A stretch of DNA of 48,971 bases from Thraustochytrium aureum. Lineage: Eukaryota. The notes under the pieces are model-generated. The model did no database searches, had not been told where the DNA came from, and worked only from the letters and a program-made list of their open reading frames with translations. The stretch is taken from contig BLSG01000135.1 of the NCBI GenBank assembly GCA_012862495.1, positions 1 to 48,971 on the forward strand. The letters are read 5' to 3'. Of this stretch, positions 34,901 to 43,954 are shown one piece after another; positions within the stretch are counted from its first letter, which is position 1, and every line of letters starts with the position of its first letter. The position numbers and the translations under genes were made by a program.

Positions 34901-35294
34901 GAGCAAGCCCCAGAGCATCTTCGTCGCCCGTGGTTCTCGCTGCTATGGCCATCGCCGATGCGAGCCGGACAGCGGCCTTGGCGAGGTCACCGAGAGCTGT
35001 GCCGTCTGCTCCCCAAACACGACCGACGTTTGCGGGATCGAGTTCGCATGTTGCCGAGCCTGCCGCCCAGAGAATCTCGAAGAGAATCCCTGCCTGCCCC
35101 GTGTGGTCCTTGCTGGTTCCCAAGTTCGACTCTTGCAGGTGGAGGAGTGCGCGCGTGAGGCCTGCACCAACAAGCTCTTGCAGCAAATCTGCCTCGCAAT
35201 TGACCATGCATGCTCGCAACGCTTCGACTCGTACGGCTGTCGGTGCTGCACCAGCAGCCAGGGCCCTGACGGCGGCCTTTGCTCTGGCCGCCAT
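31948..35294 (-). CDS. Large hypothetical protein (helical N-terminus, low-complexity middle with a SAP/Rho-N-like motif, coiled-coil C-terminus), interrupted by two gaps
   Basis: Long open minus-strand frames on each side of both gaps. GKTVRELERLART...WSKAKLVEAIV resembles helix-extended-helix motifs. A single gene is assumed, not proven. Confidence 0.5.
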
Positions 35295-35450
35295 GATGGG
35301 CAGCTTGATTCGCTGGGGCTAGCACAGGATGCTGCAGAAGAATCAGCGCGGGCCAGTGAGATCTTTTTCTTTGGTGCTTGCGAGCTTGTGCAAGCGAGCT
35401 TGTGCTAGCTAGCGAGCAAGCGATCGAGCGAAATATTTCCGGCCTGCCCG

Positions 35451-35553
35451 CCTGAGTGTCTGCCCGCCTGGGTGTCTGCCCGCCTGGGTGTCTGCCCGCC
35501 TGGGTGTCTGCCCGCCTGGGTGTCTGCCCGCCTGGGTGTCTGCCTGCCTGCCT
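35451..35553. repeat. 16-bp minisatellite CCTGGGTGTCTGCCCG x~6, merging into (GCCT)n
   Basis: Read directly from the sequence. Confidence 0.95.
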
Positions 35554-35640
35554 GCGTGAGGTGCATAGGTGAGGTCCCGCGGTTCCGCAAAAAGTCCCTC
35601 GGTTCTCCTGGAAGTACAAACAAAAAAGAGTAAAAGAGAA

Positions 35641-35713
35641 TACAAACGCCGAGGCTTGAACTCGGGACCTTCCGCGTGTCAGGCGGACGCTCTACCAACT
35701 GAGCTACGTCTGC
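35641..35713 (-). tRNA. tRNA-Val (anticodon GAC), copy 1
   Basis: GCAGACG TA GCTC AGTTGGTA GAGC G TCCGC CT GAC AC GCGGA AGGTC CCGAG TTCAAGC CTCGG CGTTTGT A; T-runs downstream, no CCA. Confidence 0.93.
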
Positions 35714-35817
35714 TGATTGCAGATGAAGAAGACTATCTTACCATCTGGTTGTGAGGCGGAAGGATCCAGAAAAATAATAATTTGAAGAAACGAGGGTGAG
35801 ATTAAAAGCAAAAAAAG

Positions 35818-35890
35818 TACAAACGCCGAGGCTTGAACTCGGGACCTTCCGCGTGTCAGGCGGACGCTCTACCAACTGAGCTACATCTGC
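35818..35890 (-). tRNA. tRNA-Val (anticodon GAC), copy 2
   Basis: Identical to copy 1 except C6>T; followed by an oligo-T terminator. Confidence 0.93.
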
Positions 35891-35976
35891 TCTGCATACC
35901 CCATTCGGATGTCATTGCAGGTTGCGCAGGAAAACATAAAATGTCAAAAAAGAGGGCACTACGAAAGAAAGAAAAG

Positions 35977-36049
35977 TACAAACGCCGAGGCTTGAACTCG
36001 GGACCTTCCGCGTGTCAGGCGGACGCTCTACCAACTGAGCTACATCTGC
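35977..36049 (-). tRNA. tRNA-Val (anticodon GAC), copy 3
   Basis: Identical to copy 2; followed by CTTTTCTTTCTTT. Confidence 0.93.
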
Positions 36050-36304
36050 TATTTCTCCCATCTGGTGATCGAAGAGCACAGCCGCGTTCGAAATACACCA
36101 CTATCTCTGTACATTGCTCACGAACGATTGGGTTGTTCGCCCTCACCAGATGAACATCCCACAACCAGGAGGTAGCCTTCGCACGAGCACGGCTTGCGTT
36201 TGTTGCACGTTGCGTTGGTTTTGATCTTGATCTTTTGGTTGATCAAGAAAGAAGAAAATAATTCGAGGGAGCTTACTTCTTGGCGAACAAGGTGGAGAAA
36301 GCTG

Positions 36305-38233
36305 CTAACAAACACGCGTAGACACAACAAGCCTTTCGCACGGCGGTGGAAGAGCAACAAGTTGCATCTCACGAAGGAAGCGCTCCTGGGCGCGGCGCGA
36401 CTGCGGTCGTGCTCCGCGCTTGAAGGCCTCAACGACCTGTGCCGCAGTGCAATCCGCCAAAAATGCCGCGTCGTAGCGCTGCGGACTGGGAAGCAGCGTC
36501 TCGTCGTACAGCAAAGCCTTGTTGTTCCGCTTTATGCGGATGTAGCGCGAGAACGTGGAAAACCCAGTGCCAAGGAAATAGTTTGCCCTCGCGCACACGA
36601 GTTGCTCGAGCAGGCCGAGAACAGACGACTGGATGTCGTTTTTGGGGAACCGGTCCAAGAGGGACAGCACCTCCGTGTTGTTCAGAAGAGAATCGGAAAA
36701 GATGAGCTCAAAGCCCGCCGCCCGAAACGGCTCGAAATAAGGCGACGAGATCTTACTCGGCTGCGTGGCGACGTAAAGCTTGCGCGACACTGCGAGCACG
36801 CCCTTCTTGGTGAGGCGGCGGATGAAGACGCTCGCTGGGCTGAGCACATCCGTAGCTAGTTGCGTCCACTTGTCCTCAAAGCGGATGTGCATGCCCCCGA
36901 AGGGCTCCCCGTTCGGGAACATGACTTCGGACGCCACACGGGCGACGCGGCGAAACTCCGAGTCGAGCTGGACGTAGTTTTGCGCGTCTTCTATCTCCTC
37001 GTCGGTGAAGGCGAAGCTCTTCCACATTGTGGTTTGCGCAAAGAAAAGCACGTCCTCCGTCACGTTGCCAAACATGTCAAATATCGCGGTCGTCGTCCAG
37101 AGCGAACCGCGAGCGATCCCCTTCTTTTCGCGCTGAATTCGGAGCCACCGCTGGCCAAACTTGTTCTCGTTCTTCTCCACAAATCGTCGGAGTATGGTAT
37201 TGCTGAGGCCAAGAACAGGCGTCGCACGCTCCATGCGCTCCTTTTGGAAGACGTGGAACGCTTCTACTGTCCTGTCCCACTCGACTTTGTTGTAGTTCCA
37301 AAACATGCTTGTGTGCGGGGCGACAGGCGGCACGACGAGAACGCGGCCCAGTTTGCGAGCTATGAGAACGGCGTGCTCGAGGATGATGCGCTGGTTGCTC
37401 ATGCCCCCTGAGGGCTGGTAGACAAAGTACTTGCGTCCAGGAACAAACCAGTGCCCCTTCAGGAAGTGCTTCTCGATGTCTTTGTTCTTCAGAGGCTTGC
37501 CCGCGGCTCGCTTGGGCCCGTTCGAGCCGTCTGGGTGGCCCGCCGCTGCGGAAAGCGACGCATAGTTGGCAGCGAGAGCGCCTTTGTCATACGCAATCTG
37601 CACCTCCCGGTACGCCAGGGTCGTTTTCTCGCGCTCTTCGACGGCCCGGATCATGTCCTTGCTAAGGAGGACACTTGTGCGTTTCCCTGGAGGCAGGACG
37701 ACCTCTTCTTCCTCCTCCTCCTCGTCGTCGTCGTCGTCCACGCCATGGCCTCCTTCGGCATAGTCCTCCCCGCTAGCTCCATCGCCATCGGTGTTGCCTG
37801 GACTGCTTGCGGTAGCTTCGCTCTGGTCTCTGCCCTCGTTTTCCTCGCCTGCGATTGAGCCGCTGGCCCCGGCCCTGAAAATGCCGTAATCGTCCGCGTC
37901 GGCAGTGAACCGCGCGGCGTTTGTCTCTTGCTGCCAAGTGCCCGCGCTGTCTGCTGTCAGTTGCGTCGGGCCCTCCCTCCCATCCAGAGCCTCCGGGCCA
38001 AACTCCACATCGACGCGGACCTGGACCATTCTGCTCAAGAGCCAGGTGCGCCACAGCACGACAAACGTGAAGACGCAGATGGCCACAATGGCTTGCTTGT
38101 TGCTCCCCGAGACGCTCTGCGCGCCCTGCGGGCTAACGACGGCCTCGGCTCGGCCTTCCTCTCCCCTGCCGCGATCGGCCGCAACGTCCGGGCCTCGCCG
38201 CTTCCGCCCAGCGTTGGTCGGCTGCCCGGCCAT
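36305..38233 (-). CDS. GDP-fucose protein O-fucosyltransferase-family glycosyltransferase, type II membrane
   Basis: N-terminal TM (AIVAICVFTFVVLW), acidic stem, GGMSNQR...ARKLGRVLVVPP, GMHIRFED, LYVATQ and EQLVCARANYFLGTGFSTFS. Confidence 0.85.
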   Translation of the reverse strand: MAGQPTNAGRKRRGPDVAADRGRGEEGRAEAVVSPQGAQSVSGSNKQAIVAICVFTFVVLWRTWLLSRMVQVRVDVEFGPEALDGREGPTQLTADSAGTWQQETNAARFTADADDYGIFRAGASGSIAGEENEGRDQSEATASSPGNTDGDGASGEDYAEGGHGVDDDDDEEEEEEEVVLPPGKRTSVLLSKDMIRAVEEREKTTLAYREVQIAYDKGALAANYASLSAAAGHPDGSNGPKRAAGKPLKNKDIEKHFLKGHWFVPGRKYFVYQPSGGMSNQRIILEHAVLIARKLGRVLVVPPVAPHTSMFWNYNKVEWDRTVEAFHVFQKERMERATPVLGLSNTILRRFVEKNENKFGQRWLRIQREKKGIARGSLWTTTAIFDMFGNVTEDVLFFAQTTMWKSFAFTDEEIEDAQNYVQLDSEFRRVARVASEVMFPNGEPFGGMHIRFEDKWTQLATDVLSPASVFIRRLTKKGVLAVSRKLYVATQPSKISSPYFEPFRAAGFELIFSDSLLNNTEVLSLLDRFPKNDIQSSVLGLLEQLVCARANYFLGTGFSTFSRYIRIKRNNKALLYDETLLPSPQRYDAAFLADCTAAQVVEAFKRGARPQSRRAQERFLREMQLVALPPPCERLVVSTRVC

Positions 38234-38562
38234 GGCCGCTGCACCGCAGCGAGCGCCTCCGAGCGTGCCCCGAGCGTACCAGGCGCGTGGCACCCCGCAG
38301 CGCACCGTGGAGCCCAAGTGCCGTGGAGCGTGAGCGCGAGTGCCGCGGAGCGTGAGGACCCTGGGTGCCTGCTGGGCGTCCAGCGTGGACTCGGTCACCT
38401 CCCTCTTCTGTGCTCGACACTCGACAGCGGCAAGCAAGAAGCCGCTCTGGCTCGAACGAACAGAGCGAGCCGCGCAGTGTCCTCGTAGCGCCATGTTGTT
38501 CATGAAACACGACTTGTGCGCCGAGTCATGATCAGGGCCCAATCAACGCACAGCAACACTGG

Positions 38563-38633
38563 CGCGCGTTGGACGCTGGCCCGGGATTGGCTCAGCACGC
38601 GCGTTGGACGTTGGCCCGGGATTGGGCTCAGCA
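38563..38633. repeat. 35-bp near-perfect tandem duplication in a divergent intergenic region
   Basis: CGCGCGTTGGACG(C/T)TGGCCCGGGATTGG(G)CTCAGCA x2. Confidence 0.9.
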
Positions 38634-38705
38634 GCAAGCAGTCCGTTTTTGTTGTTTTGGTTTCGTTGGTTTCGTCGGTCTCTCTGTTGGTTTGCTCGCA
38701 CGGCG

Positions 38706-39513
38706 ATGGGGGACTGCGAGCGGCTCGCCCGCGCGGTGGNNNNNNNNNNNNNNNNNNNNNNNNNNNNNNNNNNNNNNNNNNNNNNNNNNNNNNNNNNNNN
38801 NNNNNNNNNNNNNNNNNNNNNNNNNNNNNNNNNNNNNNNNNNNNNNNNNNNNNNNNNNNNNNNNNNNNNNNNNNNNNNNNNNNNNNNNNNNNNNNNNNNN
38901 NNNNNNNNNNNNNNNNNNNNNNNNNNNNNNNNNNNNNNNNNNNNNNNNNNNNNNNNNNNNNNNNNNNNNNNNNNNNNNNNNNNNNNNNNNNNNNNNNNNN
39001 NNNNNNNNGCGGCGCGAGAGGCGCGCGGCGCTGCGTGACGAGGTCGCTCAACTGCGCGCTGAAATCGGCGCGCAAAGCACGCTGCGGGCAGAGCTCCAGC
39101 AAGAGCTCGACGACGTCCGCGCTGAGAGTATGGCTCGAGAGCAACCCACACGGCCCAACGCAGCTCCAGAGGACGGCGGCTTGCGCCTCTGCGCCCTGTC
39201 TTCGGACGCTGTGCAAACTACGGGCGCCACGCTGCAGCACAAGGCCAGGTCCTACCGCCAGCGCATTGCTGCATCCCGGCAAGCCCTCGGGACGTTTCAA
39301 GTCAAGCGTTTCGGGCATGAGGCACTGGTGGCGCGCCGCGCTGAGCTCGACCAACTGCGAAACAGTCGAGCAAGTCTCGAACGTGACCTTGCCCGCTTTG
39401 CTGGTTTGCCCAGCGATGGGGCTCTGGCGCGCGAGCGCCTTGTAGAATCCAAGGCGGAACTTGCAGAGCTGTCCGAGCGCTTTCAGCACATGGTTGGGAG
39501 GATTGACGTGTGA
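38706..39513 (+). CDS. HAUS1: HAUS augmin-like complex subunit 1-like coiled-coil protein (middle part in the gap)
   Basis: The C-terminus HEALVARRAEL...LARFAGLPSDGALARERLVESKAEL resembles the HAUS1 H..L...Y.DLPPD..LA..KIEE.K.EL pattern. The start MGDCERLARAV is inferred. Confidence 0.6.
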
Positions 39514-39892
39514 TGCAAGCCGGAGATCGGAGCGCTCTTTTACCCTACCCCCAGCGTGTGCGGGGTAGGCCTATCGATTCATTTCTATTGTAGATCTCTA
39601 GCTAGAGCTAGAGCGAAGCTCTCTCTCTCTAGAGAGCTAGTGCACAGCCTAAGACGAGGCCTGTAAATACCCAAAGATTGCCTTGTAGAACCCAAGGCGG
39701 AACTTGCAGAGCTGTCTGAGCGCTTTCAGCACATGGTTGGGAGGATTGACGTGTGATGCAAGCCCGAGATCGGAGCGCTGTTCTACCTTACCCCCAGCGT
39801 GTTCGGGGATTCGATTCATTTCTCTGGTAGATCTCTAGAGCTAGAGCTAGCTAGCACAGCCTAAGACGAGGCCCGTAAATACCCAAAGATTG
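39438..39892. repeat. Diverged tandem duplication (39438-39680 and 39681-39892) covering the 3' ends of two convergent genes and their intergenic region
   Basis: Both copies run from CCTTGTAGAA.CCAAGGCGGAAC to GTAAATACCCAAAGATTG. Confidence 0.95.
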
Positions 39893-41326
39893 GTGCCAGA
39901 CACTATGAGCGCGCTCGCCAAAGTCCCCTTGGTCAAAAGGGGATTTCGTCGCTGCCAGTTGCTGCGCACAACGACACCTTGTGCCGCATACATCATGACT
40001 TTGATAGAGTCCGCCACGAACTCCGCAATGAGGGCCATGGCCAGGCGGCTGAACAAACGAGAGGCATCGCCGTGCCTTTGGAGGAAGGCCGTAAACGCCC
40101 ATGCCCCGAAGAGAGCGGTCCTTTCTCCGAGCAACTCGTTGGCGACAACAACGCCCAGGTGCTCCTCCCGTACTTGCACAGCATGGTAAAGAGGAAAGCT
40201 CTCCGCTGCTGGCGCCGGTTTGGGGCTTGAGAGAGAGCTCGTCGCGGGCCCTGGCTGCAGCTCGCCCTGCAAACCTGGCAACGAATGTTGGTCCCCAGCG
40301 TGAATCGGTGCTGCAGATTCGGCTAGGGGCTCGGGTGTCGGGGCCTGCGGCGATTCTGGAGAGACCTTGTTGAGAAACCGAGACCGGAGCAACAAAAACC
40401 CTCCAGCTCCAGCTATCTCGGCGAGTACATGAAGCCAAAGACTTGAAGTGAACTCCGTCTGGCTGTCAACAAGAAAGAGGGAAGCGAACCCTGGCGTTGC
40501 TAGTGAGTTTACGGTGAGCCGCTCCGTCAGCGCAAGGTTCTTGGCAACCACAGCGTGGCTCTTGTCGCGGCGGCGCGACCGCCAAAGCACCTGAAGGGTG
40601 ATCTTGCGAAGGGCGAGACGGCTGGACATCTGAAGAAAGGGGTATACTGCGCCAATCAGAAAGGTCTGTCGGATCCCAGTTGCGCTGAATGCAACGACCA
40701 TATAGAGCTCCAACAAAATTGCCACAAGAGCCAAAGCGACCGAGCGACCAAGTTGCAAAGCTGCGCGCCGTGAAGCGCGGCGAATCCCGCTCTTGCTCAA
40801 CGTGTGCGCAGCGGCTGGCAACCAATCTGACAATATCAGTGCCACATGGAGGGCCGCAGCGCTGTAGTATTCCACTGCACCAAGATTGAGGAGCGCGGCA
40901 AGCGAAATCCAAATAGGGAGACCAAAACTCAGGGCCCAGCCGACTGTGCCGGGCCGTTGTGCGCCACGACCGGTGCGCAAAGGTCGCGTACATGAGTTCA
41001 GTGTTGACGAAGATCAGTGAAAGAGCAGCCAGGAGGTCCACACTCTGGAAAGTACTCCAATACGTGCCTTGTTTGCACACCAGGGTGGCGTTTGTCACGT
41101 CTCCCGCGTCAGTCACGGCCTGCCACGCCGTGGGACCTCCAGTGTATATGTACTCTACAAAAGACTTGGTGGCTATTGCGGCTGCGCTGAAGCTCGATCC
41201 AAGCAAGCTTGCGCCGAGAGCCAGCAGCCATACCTTGAAGTTCCACTCAAGGTCCTTGCAGCAGCGCTGCGCTATGCCTGCTCGTGCTTCTGTGGCTACC
41301 TCCCTCTGGCACCCGACGCGCGCCAT
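39847..41326 (-). CDS. Uncharacterised multi-pass membrane protein, paralogue A
   Basis: Colinear with 41842-43269 along its length. The two ORFs join by removing one base of a run at ~40951. The start MARVG was chosen by alignment to the paralogue. Confidence 0.75.
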
Positions 41327-41841
41327 TCTGGTGGACGCGTTGACGATCTGCAAGACGCCATCCTCGCATCCTCGCTTTAAAAACCGGCTCTCTCACCAGG
41401 GGTTCGACCTAGTAGAGCATATTTCCGTCCACCGCGTCCGCAGGAAAGAGCTGATGCGAGCGAGCTGATGCCTGCCTGCCTGCTTGCCATGCCANNNNNN
41501 NNNNNNNNNNNNNNNNNNNNNNNNNNNNNNNNNNNNNNNNNNNNNNNNNNNNNNNNNNNNNNNNNNNNNNNNNNNNNNNNNNNNNNNNNNNNNNNNNNGT
41601 GGACACCAGCACTTGTTTTTCAAGCGGCAACGGATACTATTTTCAATTCAGGCACGCTTGCAAGGTTTCGCGGCACAACCTTGATTCGATCTGTGGGTGA
41701 GTAATCAAAACAAAAGCAAATCAATTGGCGCAAAGATTGCCTGGCTGCCCTACTGGGGAGTACTCTTGTCAACTCTGCGGAACCCGAAACGGGTTTGACC
41801 TTTCACGCCAATGTGGTCAGTCTGGTCAGCTGGTCAGCACG

Positions 41842-43269
41842 TTAAAAGCCATGGGAGCAGGTTAGAGTGAGCCCCGTAAGCACCCACAGGTTGGTGCCAG
41901 AGATTATCGATGCGCACACAAACGTCGCGACAGTTCGCACGGGGAAGGTATGGCCGCCTTGCACGGCGGCTTTGACGTCGATGCCGTGGGCGCAATACAT
42001 CTTGGCCTTGATCGCATCTGCTAACGTTTCAAAGGCAAAAGCAATGATTAGGCGGGCGCACAGACTTGCGAAACCCGCTTGGGGCTGGATTGCTGTTGTG
42101 AAGACCCATGCCCCTAAGAGCGAAGTCTTCTCCCCCACGAGGTCGTTCAGAACGAGTATTGCAAGCACTCGGTCGCGGTCTTCGCTGGTTGCAATTACCG
42201 TCGGCCGCCGCTCGCGTGCGGCCTCAAAGTCGCTGGTCCTTCCGTGCATGGACGTCCCCAGCTTGGACAAGGCGATCGAGGTGACCGCCGGAGTCGGGAG
42301 CACCTTTTGCAGGTGCGATCTGCAGATAACGTAGGCAAACGAGCCCAGAACCTCGGCCAACGTCTGCAGGGCGAGGCTGCTTGCAAAGGCGGTTTGGTCA
42401 CCAATCAAGAACAGCGAGGCGAACCCTGGCGCTGCTAGCGCTTGCACCGTCATCCGCTCAGTTAGCGAAAGCGTGGAAGCCACGAGGTACTTGCTCCGGC
42501 GCTTGCGGCCGTTCCACAGCATTTGCAACATCATCCTGCGGAGGAGCAAGCGACAGCAGATTTGCAAACCCGGATAGAGCGCGCCAACAATCAATATCTG
42601 CTTGGCCCCGCTCAGGTGAAAAGCGATCACGATGTAGAGCTCAACCATAATCCCAACCAGCGTGAGGACAACGTTGTGCTTGAAGGTTAGTACTGCTCGC
42701 TGAGCAGCAGAGCGGATCGGGTGCTTTACGAATTCGCCGAACACCACGGGCGCCCAAGTCGATGTGAACAGCAGAGCGTGCAGGCTGACGGTGCCGAGAT
42801 GACCCACGACTCGAAATTTCAGAATGCAATATACTGCAACCCACTGCGAAAGTCCTGTAAGTGCCGACAATACGAGTCGATTCACTGAGGACCGCCACTG
42901 CTTGTGCACGATCCGTGCGCGGACAATGACGGTATGCATGAAGATCATAGCTAGCAGAGAGAAAACGTCTGCGCCTCGAAAGGTTTCCCAGAACAACCCA
43001 TCGCGACATACCTGTGTCGAGTTTGTCACGTCGTCAGCATCAACGACGAATTGCCAGGCACTGGATCCGTGCGACAAGCTCGCATCTATGAGCGCCTTGA
43101 GAGCAAGTGTGGCTGCACTTATGCACACGCCGACCGCGCTCGTCAGCAGCGCCGCCTTGGAAACGAGCAGGTGCAAGCGCAGCTCGGACTGCAGCCACGC
43201 GCATCTCTGCTCGACAACCTGTGTTTCCGCCTCGCTGTTTGCTGGGGCGGGGTTCTCGGGGCTGTCCAT
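41842..43269 (-). CDS. Uncharacterised multi-pass membrane protein (~475 aa, ~10-11 TM), paralogue B
   Basis: Intact ORF with many hydrophobic helices. Blocks shared with paralogue A include DVTN.T.VC..G..W.TF, GA.YP.LQ, TER.TV..LA.PGFASLFL and SGTNLWV.TGL. Confidence 0.8.
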   Translation of the reverse strand: MDSPENPAPANSEAETQVVEQRCAWLQSELRLHLLVSKAALLTSAVGVCISAATLALKALIDASLSHGSSAWQFVVDADDVTNSTQVCRDGLFWETFRGADVFSLLAMIFMHTVIVRARIVHKQWRSSVNRLVLSALTGLSQWVAVYCILKFRVVGHLGTVSLHALLFTSTWAPVVFGEFVKHPIRSAAQRAVLTFKHNVVLTLVGIMVELYIVIAFHLSGAKQILIVGALYPGLQICCRLLLRRMMLQMLWNGRKRRSKYLVASTLSLTERMTVQALAAPGFASLFLIGDQTAFASSLALQTLAEVLGSFAYVICRSHLQKVLPTPAVTSIALSKLGTSMHGRTSDFEAARERRPTVIATSEDRDRVLAILVLNDLVGEKTSLLGAWVFTTAIQPQAGFASLCARLIIAFAFETLADAIKAKMYCAHGIDVKAAVQGGHTFPVRTVATFVCASIISGTNLWVLTGLTLTCSHGF

Positions 43270-43650
43270 TGCGTGCTGCAACGAAGAGGATCTGCACTCT
43301 TCACATTGCGCCTACGCTTCATTCGCAAGGTGCGTAGGTTGACGCGGTTCACTATGCCTGGCGTTGCATACAGCCAAATGTGTGCTTTTTGTGAAGCTCG
43401 TCGTACAGTACTCTACCCTAGAAGGCCACCGCTCTACTTCTACCAAAAGTCGGTTGGTTCGGGCTCGGGAGACCAAACAGATTTGGCCTCCAACGGATAG
43501 ATGCCGGTTGGCTGTAAATTACAATACAAGTAGGCCTAAATAGTACTCTACCTACCTACCGGTTGAGGCTCCAAGAGAAGGCCTGCTCCGAGTCAGTTGG
43601 CCTCGTTCCGCAGGCCTCCTTACGCAAGTCTGTCTATGGAGCAGTGTTCG

Positions 43651-43740
43651 CGCTCCAGCTGAACAAGGTTTCGTCTCGAAGCCATTACTCGTGCGCTCCA
43701 GCTGAACAAGGTTTCGTCTCGAAGCCTTCACTCGTGCGCT
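43651..43740. repeat. 43-bp tandem duplication
   Basis: CGCTCCAGCTGAACAAGGTTTCGTCTCGAAGCC...ACTCGTG at 43651 and 43694. Confidence 0.9.
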
Positions 43741-43954
43741 GCAGCGACGTCGGCCCATCCTCGGCAAAGCTATGCTCGCAAGGGGCGGCTCTCTCGAGCT
43801 GGCGAGCTGTAGCTTTGAGCCGCCCTTTGCCACAGCGCTCGAGCTATTCCAGCTGACGACATCAATCAAATAGCACAAAATTCGTGTGACATCTAGAAGC
43901 AGTGGCGAAGCGAGTCGGCCAGCCGCGAAAAGCTATCTCTCGGAGGACACTGGC

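Noticed and set aside
35641..36049. Repeat-spacer-repeat pattern resembling a CRISPR array
   Set aside because: The 73-bp repeats fold as complete tRNAs with terminators, the context is eukaryotic, and there are no cas genes.
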